Assembly: GCA_030765235.1 (NCBI GenBank)
Contig: JAVCCW010000029.1
Coordinates: forward strand, 12,939 to 76,938
Direction of reading: 5' to 3'
DNA length: 64,000 bases
Source of the DNA: Candidatus Gorgyraea atricola
GTDB lineage: Bacteria > Omnitrophota > Gorgyraeia > Gorgyraeales > Gorgyraeaceae
Part shown: in pieces, positions 18,082 through 28,051 of the stretch
Layout: the number at the start of each line of letters is the position of its first letter
Numbering within the stretch: the stretch's first letter is position 1
Program-made: the position numbers and the translations under genes
Notes under the pieces: model-generated
What the model saw: the letters and a program-made list of their open reading frames with translations, nothing else
Told to the model about the DNA's origin: nothing
Database searches by the model: none

Positions 18082-20564
18082 TGAAACTTTTCTTGATCTT
18101 AATCCTGGCATTCGCACCTATAGCAAGAGGAGCGGCTCGTGTATGGGCATTTGCGCCTATACAGATCTTTACGCTCGCTGTGCTTTTATATTCTATATTC
18201 AAGATGAGTGTAAATAGAGAGATCAGGATAAAAAGGACTCCCTTAGATATCCCTATAGTATTATTCTTATTTGTTTTTATAGTATCATGTTTTAATTCCA
18301 GCTATGCCTATGCCTCAATAATGGAATTTACGAAACTATTTACCCTGGCCTCTATCTTTTACCTGACAATTAATTTTGTAAAGACAAAAGAGGATATAAA
18401 GAAAGTATTAAACGCGGTTTTGATCGTAGCGACAGCCATTGCCTTATTTGGCATATTACAGTATATAGGCGCAGTAGACAGGTCCTGGTGGGCCAAGGAA
18501 AACTTTTTATCAGCCACCTATGTAAATCATAACCATTTTGCCGGGCTGTTGGAACTGACCATACCCCTTTCAATAGGCATGTTTTTATCGGAAAGGACAT
18601 TAGGCAAAAAGTCTTTATACGTATACTCGACCCTGATCCTTTGCGTCGCGTTTTTACTTTCTATGTCAAGGGGAGGGTGGCTGTCTTTATCGATCTCTAT
18701 GCTTTTTATGATCATGTGTATTTCAATAAGCGGAAGATTACGGCTTACGAAAAAAACAGGCATCGCTATTTTATTGCTAATGATAGGTGTCGGCGTATTT
18801 GCGTTAAAGGCAGCTGGTAAGGATGCTTTAGTGGGCAGGGTATCCAGCTATAGATACTTGGATTTTTCAGGAAGGCTTGACATATGGAAGGCTTCCTTAA
18901 GCATGATAAAAGATAACTGGTTCTTAGGGACAGGGCCAGGCACATTTATATATAGTTTCCCGAAATACAGGCTGGCAGGCATGAACATGCTTGTCAATTA
19001 CGCGCACAATGACTATCTTCATGTCTTATCTGAACTGGGTGTATTCGCTTTAGGCATTATGGTCTTCACCATCTTTACCATAGTCAAAAAGGCTATAAGG
19101 ACATACAGAGTGGCTAATTCATCTTTTAAGATGTGGATCTCTCTTGCCCTTGCTACAGGCATCTTAAGCATTGCCATACACGGTATCGGAGATTTTAATT
19201 TTTATATGCCGGCAAATGCTATTTTATTTACTGTGTTTTCCGCATTTATCTTTAATCTATCTTCCAGGAAGGAGAAGAAGATCGAGCCCCTGGTCATAAA
19301 ACACGGCCCTGTTTTTAAACCTCTTGTATTGACAGCAGTTATTGCCTTGATCATTTTTATAACTAGCTCTCTTGCGGCAGATGTGTGCCGGTTGAGCTCT
19401 CAAAAGGCGCTATCCAACAATGAATTGAATAAGGCAGAATACATGATGTTTTTGGCAACCAGGATATGCCCTTTAAATTACAAATATCATTATGAGCTCG
19501 CCAAGATCTACGATAAGAAAACTGATGTAAAAAGATCAGCGCAGTCCTACGAACGCTCCATAGCCTTAAATCCCCTGGACGCGTGGTCGTGGATGGGCCT
19601 TGCTGATAATTATTACAGGCGCAATATTGGCCTGGCAGATTCGGCGTACAGAAAGGCCGTGGAATTAGACCCGTTAAATTCATATTATCTTAAGAAATTT
19701 GGCAAGTTTTTGGTAGAGACAGGCGATTCAGGGCTTTCAAGCAGTATATATAAAAAGGCATCTTACGCGGAGTCTAAGTCTGAGACGCTTTCGATTCTGC
19801 CAACAGACTTTGCAGATGGAGAGACTTATCAGGAAAAGGCGGCCCTTTCATTTTCCGCGCAGAATATAAACAAGGCCCTTGTATTTTATGAGATGGCAGA
19901 GAATCTTCTTGAAGAGACTGACAAGGCAAAGCTGGGCCAGGTAAAGTGTTACCTGAAGATGTCTTTGTTAGGTGAGGCACTTAATAGATTTAGAGAGATA
20001 CAGCCTTCTATATCAGCCAAGAGCACATTGTTTGCCTGCATGGGAGATTATTATTTAAGAAAGGGATCCATTGATACAGCAAATAGGTTTTTAGAAAAAT
20101 CAATAACATTAGATCCTGAAAACCCGGAACCCTACCAGGTACGTTATAAGATTTCAAAGGCAAAGGAAGATAGCTCCAAGATATTGAGTTTTAACAGTCT
20201 TCTTACCTCAACAGAGCTGGGTGAAGATGGCCTTGAGATAACATTCGAACTCAAAAAACAATTTGCCTCTGAGGGAAGATTGAGTGTAGATCTCATCCTG
20301 CCAGCAGGCATATATGAATTTAATGTCAAGGCAAGGGGCAAAGATGCGCTGGATATCTGGCCTCACATGGAGGTGTGGTTTAATAATAAAAAATCACTGG
20401 ATACTCATGTGACAAATATATATTGGAATTTCTATCCAGGGATCGTAGTGGTGGATTACCCGGTGAACAGGATGGATATAATATTCGATAATGATTATTA
20501 TGACGAAAATACGCTGGAAGATCGTAATCTCTGCGTACACAGCATAAGTTTAAAAGCCCTTTAA
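18078..20564 (+). CDS. O-antigen ligase/polymerase-like (Wzy_C) membrane protein fused to TPR repeats, with an extra C-terminal domain.
   Basis: Polytopic N-terminal half with 'HNDYLHVLSELG'. TPR-like 'YERSIALNPLDAWSWMGLADNYY'. About 200-aa C-terminal domain. Confidence 0.65.
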   Translation: MMKLFLILILAFAPIARGAARVWAFAPIQIFTLAVLLYSIFKMSVNREIRIKRTPLDIPIVLFLFVFIVSCFNSSYAYASIMEFTKLFTLASIFYLTINFVKTKEDIKKVLNAVLIVATAIALFGILQYIGAVDRSWWAKENFLSATYVNHNHFAGLLELTIPLSIGMFLSERTLGKKSLYVYSTLILCVAFLLSMSRGGWLSLSISMLFMIMCISISGRLRLTKKTGIAILLLMIGVGVFALKAAGKDALVGRVSSYRYLDFSGRLDIWKASLSMIKDNWFLGTGPGTFIYSFPKYRLAGMNMLVNYAHNDYLHVLSELGVFALGIMVFTIFTIVKKAIRTYRVANSSFKMWISLALATGILSIAIHGIGDFNFYMPANAILFTVFSAFIFNLSSRKEKKIEPLVIKHGPVFKPLVLTAVIALIIFITSSLAADVCRLSSQKALSNNELNKAEYMMFLATRICPLNYKYHYELAKIYDKKTDVKRSAQSYERSIALNPLDAWSWMGLADNYYRRNIGLADSAYRKAVELDPLNSYYLKKFGKFLVETGDSGLSSSIYKKASYAESKSETLSILPTDFADGETYQEKAALSFSAQNINKALVFYEMAENLLEETDKAKLGQVKCYLKMSLLGEALNRFREIQPSISAKSTLFACMGDYYLRKGSIDTANRFLEKSITLDPENPEPYQVRYKISKAKEDSSKILSFNSLLTSTELGEDGLEITFELKKQFASEGRLSVDLILPAGIYEFNVKARGKDALDIWPHMEVWFNNKKSLDTHVTNIYWNFYPGIVVVDYPVNRMDIIFDNDYYDENTLEDRNLCVHSISLKAL

Positions 20565-20569
20565 TCGGA

Positions 20570-21952
20570 GTGTTTATGTCTTTAAAACTATTATTTACAC
20601 CAGAAACGATAATTTTATTAGGGGTAGTATTTACAGGGATGATCTTTTTGTTTCTTCTGGTGAATAAGAATTTTGTTATGGGCATATATCTGTGGTTTTT
20701 AATAGACCTGTTTTTAAAATATCAGAAGTTAAATTTCGCGGGCTCTATAATGCCGGCCATATCTATGGAAAGGATATTATTCGCGTTCCTGATAGGGATC
20801 TTCATCATAGAGGTCTTTTCAGGGAAGCTAAAGATTTCCAGGTTTACAGGCATAGAGTATGTGATGCTTCTATTTTGCCTCTTTGCCCTGATCTCGATGT
20901 TTTGGACAGGCTCTCTTATCAGGGCTGGCGGAAAACTGAACATAGGGCAGTTATTGACCGGATATATATTTCCATTTTCCATGTTTTTTATAAGCAAAAA
21001 TGTCTACGATAACGCGAAAAAAAGAGAAGGGTTTATAAAGTTTGTTATGCTGATAGGACTGTATCTGGTATGTACGGCATTTTTAGAGCATTTTCATATA
21101 AACAGACTGATCTGGCCCAGGTATATATTAGATCCTTCCTTTGGGATACATTTTGAAAGGGCAAGAGGGCCATTTGTCCAGGGAGCAGTCAATGGTACAG
21201 TGCTCGGATTTGTGCTCGTAAGCTCGTTCTACTTCCTCCTTCATCGCAATAAGAGGGACTTGTGGAGGACCTGTTCACGGGTTCTATTGATATTGTCTCC
21301 TATCGCTATATTTTTTACATATACCAGGGCTGCGTGGGTAGGCGCTCTGGCAGGTTTTTCACTGATCCTTTTATTTATTCTTAAGCAGGGAAAAAAGATG
21401 TCCACTCTAGTCATAATTATCTTATGCATAGGTATTTTTATAGGACTGGGATTTTTCCTGGACGATAGCGTAGTCTCTCTTTCGTCCGAGAGGGCTTTTG
21501 ACGAGAGCCCTGTTCACGATAGATTAAATCTGTATATAGCCATGATAAATATGTTCAAAGAGCACCCTATTTTAGGCGTAGGCTTTGGTAAATTTACAGA
21601 ATTTTCAAAGAATTATTTTAAGAACGTAGATGGTATACATTTTCAGGCAGTGGGCCTGAGCGGACATGATAGTTTCGCGGGCGTATTAGCGGAGATGGGA
21701 ATTCTGGGTTTTTCGTTAATAGCCTCTGTGTATCTTCTGATCCTGCGCAGCAGCATCAGATTATATAAAAATTTAAAGAAGGACGCAAAGGATACGCAGC
21801 TGGTAATAGTCTTTTGGGCATTTATGATCGTATTTATAGTCAATTCGGTTTTTATAGAGATGAAGTTTTTTGAATTCGTAAGCAGCATGTTTTTTGTATT
21901 TGCAGGTATCATATGCGCATGGGAGAGGAATTATGCAGCAGCGCGAGCTTGA
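20570..21952 (+). CDS. Second O-antigen ligase/Wzy-like polytopic membrane protein.
   Basis: 10-12 transmembrane segments. 'GLSGHDSFAGVLAEMGILG' matches the Wzy_C H-x-x-x-x-x-x-x-E-x-G motif. Confidence 0.65.
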   Translation: MFMSLKLLFTPETIILLGVVFTGMIFLFLLVNKNFVMGIYLWFLIDLFLKYQKLNFAGSIMPAISMERILFAFLIGIFIIEVFSGKLKISRFTGIEYVMLLFCLFALISMFWTGSLIRAGGKLNIGQLLTGYIFPFSMFFISKNVYDNAKKREGFIKFVMLIGLYLVCTAFLEHFHINRLIWPRYILDPSFGIHFERARGPFVQGAVNGTVLGFVLVSSFYFLLHRNKRDLWRTCSRVLLILSPIAIFFTYTRAAWVGALAGFSLILLFILKQGKKMSTLVIIILCIGIFIGLGFFLDDSVVSLSSERAFDESPVHDRLNLYIAMINMFKEHPILGVGFGKFTEFSKNYFKNVDGIHFQAVGLSGHDSFAGVLAEMGILGFSLIASVYLLILRSSIRLYKNLKKDAKDTQLVIVFWAFMIVFIVNSVFIEMKFFEFVSSMFFVFAGIICAWERNYAAARA

Positions 21953-23426
21953 TAGAAAAAATGTTATAAGGGATACGTCTTTCTTTTCAGGGAGTGTCTA
22001 TATCTCCCAGGCGATGTTTTTTATACGCGGGTTCCTGAACGCGAAGATACTCGGGCCGGAACTTTACGGGGTTTGGTCTTTCTTGAATATAATCCTGCGA
22101 TATAGCGTATTTGCTCATCTCGGCAGTTTTAATGCCATGGCCAGGGAGATCCCTTATGAAAACGGCAAGCGCTCAAATAAAGGCATGGATAGAGTCAGGA
22201 ATGTGGTTTTTACATTCTCACTCTGCACCATCTCCATATTCGCGCTCGGGGTGATAATAGTGGCGATTTTATTGTGGAAGAGACTTCTTCTGTATGAGGC
22301 AGTGGGCCTTATAGTGATAGCCGCCCTTGCTGTTTCAATGGCATTGTATGAATTCTGTCAGACCTCTCTGATAGGAGTAAAAAGGTTTGTGCTGATAAGC
22401 AAGGCGAATGTGCTATTTCCGATCTTAAGCGTGCTTCTTACATTGCTTTTTGTCCCCAGGCTTAAGATATACGGAGTTTATATTGTCGCGCTAGTAATAC
22501 CCATATTGACAGTCACATATCTTTACATGAAGGAAAGCTTTAAGCTGAAGTTATGTTTTGACCTTAAAGAAATATACAGGCTCCTTAAGATAGGATTTCC
22601 AATAATGTCCAGCGGGTTTTTGCAGGGCACTATCACGAATATCGCGGGGATAATGACACTCAGCTTTTTAGGAAAGACGAATATGGGATATTATTCTGTG
22701 GCAGCGCTCGCGACTAATTTTCTGATGTATTTTCCTATGAGCATACACCGCTCTTTTGAACCGCATATCTATCAGCGTTACGGGGAGACGCATGATATAG
22801 GTTCGCTCAAGAAGTATCTCTTTAAGCCGATGCTGGTAATGTCTCTGTTATTTCCAGTGGCGCTCGCGTTTTATTATACAGGCGTGACATTTTTCATACG
22901 ACATTTCCTGTCGAAGTATACTGTGGCTATTTATCCTTTTTCTATCATATTGATAGCGAGGTTTTTTCTCGCGTTTTCTCCAACAGCTGTCGCGATTATA
23001 ACAGTTTTGAACAAGCAGAGGTTTCTCGTACCGGTCTATCTATCGGGTATTGCTATTGCGTTTGTCTCAGGCCTTGTATTTATAAATCAGGGTTTTGGTA
23101 TAGTAGCTGTCGCGCTGGGGCTTTTATTATCATTTTTCTTCGTAGGGACCGTTATATTTATATATTCTATGAAGCAATACATAAAAAGCCCGCTTACATG
23201 CATAGGTTATTTAGTAACTATGTCTATCCCGCTTGTGTATATGATTGGAGTGATATTTTTTAATGAGATCATGATACCTGTTTCTGTGGAGATCCTTCCG
23301 GATATCTTTGTTCTTGTCATGAGGCTCCTGACAGTGGCAGGTTTTTCTATACCTTTAATATATATCGCGCACAGGAAGACAGGGATATTGCATGATGTGG
23401 CAGGGTTTATAAGGAGAAAAAGATGA
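21933..23426 (+). CDS. Wzx-like polysaccharide flippase (MOP superfamily).
   Basis: RBS GGAGAGG then ATG at 21933. About 12-14 transmembrane helices. Typical polysaccharide-biosynthesis-protein topology. Confidence 0.65.
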   Translation: MQQRELDRKNVIRDTSFFSGSVYISQAMFFIRGFLNAKILGPELYGVWSFLNIILRYSVFAHLGSFNAMAREIPYENGKRSNKGMDRVRNVVFTFSLCTISIFALGVIIVAILLWKRLLLYEAVGLIVIAALAVSMALYEFCQTSLIGVKRFVLISKANVLFPILSVLLTLLFVPRLKIYGVYIVALVIPILTVTYLYMKESFKLKLCFDLKEIYRLLKIGFPIMSSGFLQGTITNIAGIMTLSFLGKTNMGYYSVAALATNFLMYFPMSIHRSFEPHIYQRYGETHDIGSLKKYLFKPMLVMSLLFPVALAFYYTGVTFFIRHFLSKYTVAIYPFSIILIARFFLAFSPTAVAIITVLNKQRFLVPVYLSGIAIAFVSGLVFINQGFGIVAVALGLLLSFFFVGTVIFIYSMKQYIKSPLTCIGYLVTMSIPLVYMIGVIFFNEIMIPVSVEILPDIFVLVMRLLTVAGFSIPLIYIAHRKTGILHDVAGFIRRKR

Positions 23427-24568
23427 AGTTAGTAATAATAAGCCCATACCCGCTGGACAATGATACCGATAACATACATGGCGGGGTCGAGGCAGTGGCA
23501 GTTAATCTACTGAAAGGACTTTTAAGGTTTAAAGACCTTGATATACATGTCCTTACTGTAAGTCACGTTATAGACAAGGACAGGGATTTTAAGTCCAATG
23601 GTCTTACCATACACGCTGTAGCCGCAGACAAGAGATTTGGAAATATTACGCTTTACTCAAAAACAAGAAAGAGGATATGCAGAAAGATAAATGATATAAA
23701 ACCTGACCTGATACATTCGCACATGCTTGGATATCATACGTTAGCAGCATTAGAGAGTGGTCATCCAAAGGTAGTTATAAGCACTCATGGCATAACTGAA
23801 GGCAACTGGGGAGTATCCTGCACGCTTATGGATAAGATGAGGCGATATCTTCAGGACTTGATACGCGAGAAATGCTTAAAGAGGGCTAAAAACATTATAG
23901 TAAATAGCCGGTTTTCAGAGGATTTTCTGAAGAGCTATAAGATCAGAAATCTTTACAGATTAAACAATCCGATCTCTGACCCATTTTTTAATATAGACGC
24001 GGATAAGGAAGAAGAAAACAGGATCTTATTCGCGGGGAATATCTCTGAGGCAAAAGGCGTAGGTACGCTTATAGAGGCAGTGAGGATTTTAAAGGGTTCG
24101 TTTAAGGATATAAGGGTCATGGTAGCCGGACCTGTAAGCGACAGTAGTTTTTACGCGAAGTTAGAAGGATTTATCAGGGAAAATAATCTGACCGGAGCTG
24201 TTAATTTTTTAGGCCATCTAAATGAGAATAAGCTGAGGGAGGAGTACGCAAAGGCCTCTATATTTGTTTTTCCTTCACAGCAGGATGTGGCCCCGCTCGC
24301 GCTTTTACAGGCAATGGCCTGCGGCAAGGCCATAGTCAGCACCAGGGTAGGAGGTATACCTTATATCGTGGATGACAGCGTAAACGGATTTTTGGTCAAT
24401 AGCAAAAACCCTAATGCCCTGGCAGACATGGTAGCGGTATTATTAATGGACAAATCTCTACGTAAGGATCTGGGAGATAACGCGAAAAAAAAGATCTCCA
24501 AGGGCCACAGGATAGATTCTGTGGCAGAAGAGCTTTACGCGATATATAGAAGGTTTGAGGATAATTAA
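23423..24568 (+). CDS. Glycosyltransferase family 4.
   Basis: 'FVFPSQQDVAPLALLQAMACGKAIVSTRVGGIPYIVDDSVNGFLV' matches the GT4 E-x7-E region. Confidence 0.8.
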   Translation: MKLVIISPYPLDNDTDNIHGGVEAVAVNLLKGLLRFKDLDIHVLTVSHVIDKDRDFKSNGLTIHAVAADKRFGNITLYSKTRKRICRKINDIKPDLIHSHMLGYHTLAALESGHPKVVISTHGITEGNWGVSCTLMDKMRRYLQDLIREKCLKRAKNIIVNSRFSEDFLKSYKIRNLYRLNNPISDPFFNIDADKEEENRILFAGNISEAKGVGTLIEAVRILKGSFKDIRVMVAGPVSDSSFYAKLEGFIRENNLTGAVNFLGHLNENKLREEYAKASIFVFPSQQDVAPLALLQAMACGKAIVSTRVGGIPYIVDDSVNGFLVNSKNPNALADMVAVLLMDKSLRKDLGDNAKKKISKGHRIDSVAEELYAIYRRFEDN

Positions 24569-24569
24569 T

Positions 24570-25706
24570 ATGTTAAACATAAAGCAAGTTTCTAATCATG
24601 GGGAGTTCGAAGGCTATAAAGGCATGTGGAATGGCTTGCTAGAGAAGAGCAATATAGACAATGTCTTTATGACCTACGAGTGGGTCGATACATATATAAG
24701 GCATTTCTGCGTCTCTCAAAGATTATTGATACTGAATATCTTTGAAGGCGATAGATTAATAGGCATAGCGCCCCTAATGATAAGAAAATATAAATATCTT
24801 GGCTTACCTGTGAGGGCCGTTTCCTTTATAGGCGCAGGCGCGTCAGACAGGATGGATTTTATACTAACAGGCGACAAGGAAAAGGCCATATACCTGGTAT
24901 TAGATCATCTGATGGGAATAAGCTCAGAATGGGATCTCATAGACCTTGAGGAGATAACAGAAAAGAGCGCTACCGTAGAGATCATTGAAAAGTGGCTACA
25001 GGAAAGGAATATCCTGAATTTTTCAGGGCCCCAAAAGAGATCGTTCCTTATACAGTTCGATGGTAATAGAAAGTCTCTTGTGGAAAAATTTTCCGGAAAG
25101 CTCAAAAAAAGACTGACGAAGCTGGACAATAAGAATATACAAGTGAACCTGGACTTTAAAAGATACAGGGTAAGGGCCAGCGAGGTAGAAGCCATCTTTT
25201 CAGATATATGCGATATAGAGGATCGCAGCTGGCAGGGAAAAAAGCAGAAGGGCATCTTTACAAAAAACCCCAGTAGGGATTTTCACAAGGAGATATTTGA
25301 TAGATTTTCAAGAAATGGACAGTTGGATATCTCGGTCCTGATGTTAGAAAAAAAGCCAATAGCTTATATCTATAATTATCTGTATGGCGGGCGTTCCTAT
25401 AATTACAATGTCGCTTTTGATAACGCGCATAAAAACCTTTCTGCCGGGACCATGCTTATGTTCTGGATGCTGAAGGATTCTGCTGTAGGCGATATTTCAG
25501 AGTTTGATTTTATGAGGGGCGAAGAACCATGGAAGAAGAGATTGACAAGTTCTTTTAAACTCCACAATCGCGTGAGGATCTTTAAAGGCAGTTTTTATTC
25601 CAGGAGCCTGTATGTACTACAGTCAAAGATCATGCCTTATTTTAGAAAGAAAAACGCGCTTCGCAAAATATGGATAACTATCAAGGAGAAACTGGGATGG
25701 TATTGA
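24570..25706 (+). CDS. FemAB/CelD-like GNAT-fold acetyltransferase (Acetyltransf_6; PEP-CTERM-locus FemAB-related type).
   Basis: 'TMLMFWMLKDSAVGDISEFDFMRGEEPWKKRL' is typical of the BioF2/CelD-like family. Start chosen at the internal ATG at 24570. Confidence 0.6.
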   Translation: MLNIKQVSNHGEFEGYKGMWNGLLEKSNIDNVFMTYEWVDTYIRHFCVSQRLLILNIFEGDRLIGIAPLMIRKYKYLGLPVRAVSFIGAGASDRMDFILTGDKEKAIYLVLDHLMGISSEWDLIDLEEITEKSATVEIIEKWLQERNILNFSGPQKRSFLIQFDGNRKSLVEKFSGKLKKRLTKLDNKNIQVNLDFKRYRVRASEVEAIFSDICDIEDRSWQGKKQKGIFTKNPSRDFHKEIFDRFSRNGQLDISVLMLEKKPIAYIYNYLYGGRSYNYNVAFDNAHKNLSAGTMLMFWMLKDSAVGDISEFDFMRGEEPWKKRLTSSFKLHNRVRIFKGSFYSRSLYVLQSKIMPYFRKKNALRKIWITIKEKLGWY

Positions 25707-26668
25707 GAAGATCTTTTAAAGACATGGCAAAAGATTTATATTGTCGGCTGGGAATACCAGGGTCTTTATTGCGCCTGGCAGGTCTTTCAAGGCGGCCAAG
25801 ACTTTTTATATTTACATATCACAGGGTATGCGATGCCTCAGGGAGCGCCTCATATCTTGCAGTGCCAAGCAGTGTATTTGAAAGTCATATGAGATTTATA
25901 AAGAATAATTTTAAAATAGTATCTCTCTTGGAAGGTGTAGAGATCTTATCTAAGGATACATCAGGCGGTATGTACGCTGCCATAACCTTTGACGATGGTT
26001 ATATGGATAATTATCTTAACGCATTTCCCATACTGAAGAAACATAACGTACCTGCCACTATATTTCTTACAACAGATTTTATTGGCAAGGATAGTCTTTT
26101 CTGGTGGGACAGGATTTTTAATGTAGTGTCACAATTTCAATTGAATGGCAAGACAAGAGAAGAGATGGCAGATGACATAAATAGCACTCTATTAAGAAAA
26201 AAAGAGTCTGAGATAGAATCCCTTGTCAGTGGCTTAGAGGCAAGGCACCTTAATAATAAAGATATAAGACCCTGCGCCATGCTTGGCTGGGATGAGGCCA
26301 GAGAGATGCGCGATAATGGGCTTATAGATTTCGGATCACATACAAAGACACATCAAAATCTCTGCCTGCTTAATGACACTGAGGCGTTAGAGGAACTAAG
26401 AGGTTCCAAAAAGAAGATAGAACAGGAGTTGGACATAGAGGTCAATGTATTCTGCTATCCCTACGGGTTGTTTGATAAAAGGGTCAAGGATCTTATCTCT
26501 CAGGCTGGTTTTAAATGCGCCAGGAGCGCGTCGCAGGGATCCAATAGCAGAGAAACAGACAGGTTCTCATTGAACTATATCGGCGTAGGATCTCTTTTAA
26601 GGACAGATTTTCTCGCGGCACGAGTTTCGTCAAATTTATTTAAGACCAGAAATGGAGTCACAGCGTGA
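25697..26668 (+). CDS. Polysaccharide deacetylase (NodB homology domain).
   Basis: 'AITFDDGYMDNY' and 'FGSHTKTHQNL'. Confidence 0.75.
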   Translation: MVLRRSFKDMAKDLYCRLGIPGSLLRLAGLSRRPRLFIFTYHRVCDASGSASYLAVPSSVFESHMRFIKNNFKIVSLLEGVEILSKDTSGGMYAAITFDDGYMDNYLNAFPILKKHNVPATIFLTTDFIGKDSLFWWDRIFNVVSQFQLNGKTREEMADDINSTLLRKKESEIESLVSGLEARHLNNKDIRPCAMLGWDEAREMRDNGLIDFGSHTKTHQNLCLLNDTEALEELRGSKKKIEQELDIEVNVFCYPYGLFDKRVKDLISQAGFKCARSASQGSNSRETDRFSLNYIGVGSLLRTDFLAARVSSNLFKTRNGVTA

Positions 26669-28050
26669 ATATCTTTACTACTCGATTTTACATAAATAGC
26701 CCGTTATGGATGCAGGAGTGTATGGTTTCTCTGCGCGGCCTGAAGTTTAAATTACTCAGGGAAGGCAGGATGTTCCAGAGGCTGGTCTCTGAACTGGAAA
26801 AGAGCCAGTACTATTCAGAAGAGGAGCTCAGGAACCTGCAGAATGAAAAGTTCAGGATCATCATAAAGCATTCGTATGAAAATGTGCCATATTACAGGAG
26901 GCTCTTTAAGAAGCTGAATCTAAAGCCGGAGGATTTTAAGGATATCTCCGATATCTCTAAGCTCCCGATGATCAGTAAGCCTGATGTAAGAGTGAATCCA
27001 GATGATTTTCTGGCAAAAAACATAAATAGGCTCTTTACAAGGACTGTTTTTAGCAGCGGGACAACAGGCTCACCCTTAAAGATATTTAGAGATATGTACT
27101 TGATCAATTTTGAAAATGCCATACTCACCAGGCAATACAGGTGGGCAGGGTTTAATCCCGGGGATAAAAAGGTGATCATACGCTCCAGCCCAATAGTGCC
27201 TTCGCGTGTAAAGAGGCCGCCTTTCTGGAGGCACGATGTCTTTCAGAATAGTTTATGCGCCTCATCATACCATCTTTCAAAAGAGAATGTAGATTCTTAC
27301 GCAAGGGAGATCTCCAGATATAGCTCAGATGTCCTGGAGACAGTGCCATCACAGGGTTATATATTTGCCAAGCTCGCTTTTCTTAAAGGCATAGACCTGA
27401 ATTTTAAGAGTATATTTACCTCTTCAGAGGTCATGATGCCAGAGAAGAAATTATTTATAGAAAAACAATTGAAAGGCAAGGTTTTTGATCATTACGGGAC
27501 AGCTGAACGCGTTTCTGCTATAGGTACATGCGAAAGAGGGACTTATCATGTGTATCCTGAGTATGCGATAACAGAGTTTTTGCCTGTTCCCGGCAAAAAA
27601 GGCCAATTCGAGATCGTAGGAAGTACTTTAAATAGTTTTGCTATGCCGCTTTTTAGATACAAAACAGGGGATATTGTGACCCTGTCTTCTAAAGTATGTT
27701 CCTGCGGAAGAAATTTCCCGATCGTTGAATCAATAGAGGGCAGAAACACAGACCAGTTTTTCATAACAAAGGACGGCCGCATGATATCGCTTTTTTGCTC
27801 GATCTTTTCAGCAGATCTAAAGGATGTCATCGAGGCGCAATTTATTCAGGAAGACATGAATATGCTTAAGGTAAAACTGGTAGCTGGTGACAAATATGAC
27901 TCGTCAGACGAGGAGCTAATAAAGACTAATATAAAAAACTATCTCGGAGAAGATGTAACAGTAGACATAGAGAAGGTCGATTTTGTACCAAGGACAAACA
28001 CAGGCAAGTTCAAACAGTTTATTTCAAAACTAAAAGAAAAGGAGCTCTAA
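26665..28050 (+). CDS. Adenylate-forming enzyme, phenylacetate-CoA ligase (PaaK)/CapK-like.
   Basis: AMP-binding motif 'FSSGTTGSPLKI' with PaaK-like length and architecture. GTG start. Confidence 0.7.
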   Translation: MNIFTTRFYINSPLWMQECMVSLRGLKFKLLREGRMFQRLVSELEKSQYYSEEELRNLQNEKFRIIIKHSYENVPYYRRLFKKLNLKPEDFKDISDISKLPMISKPDVRVNPDDFLAKNINRLFTRTVFSSGTTGSPLKIFRDMYLINFENAILTRQYRWAGFNPGDKKVIIRSSPIVPSRVKRPPFWRHDVFQNSLCASSYHLSKENVDSYAREISRYSSDVLETVPSQGYIFAKLAFLKGIDLNFKSIFTSSEVMMPEKKLFIEKQLKGKVFDHYGTAERVSAIGTCERGTYHVYPEYAITEFLPVPGKKGQFEIVGSTLNSFAMPLFRYKTGDIVTLSSKVCSCGRNFPIVESIEGRNTDQFFITKDGRMISLFCSIFSADLKDVIEAQFIQEDMNMLKVKLVAGDKYDSSDEELIKTNIKNYLGEDVTVDIEKVDFVPRTNTGKFKQFISKLKEKEL

Positions 28051-28051
28051 G

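Noticed and set aside
20692-21012. 106-aa + strand ORF and 91-aa - strand ORF nested inside the second Wzy-like gene. Similar nested ORFs occur at 13756-13974 and 17564-17890.
   Set aside because: They are fully embedded in longer, well-supported ORFs in other frames, with no RBS and no recognisable domains.
24555-25706. Alternative call of the 383-aa protein as a peptidoglycan FemAB aminoacyl-transferase proper.
   Set aside because: In an EPS locus with no cell-wall genes, the CelD/BioF2-like GNAT subfamily (PEP-CTERM-locus FemAB-related) is more consistent. The function is left generic.
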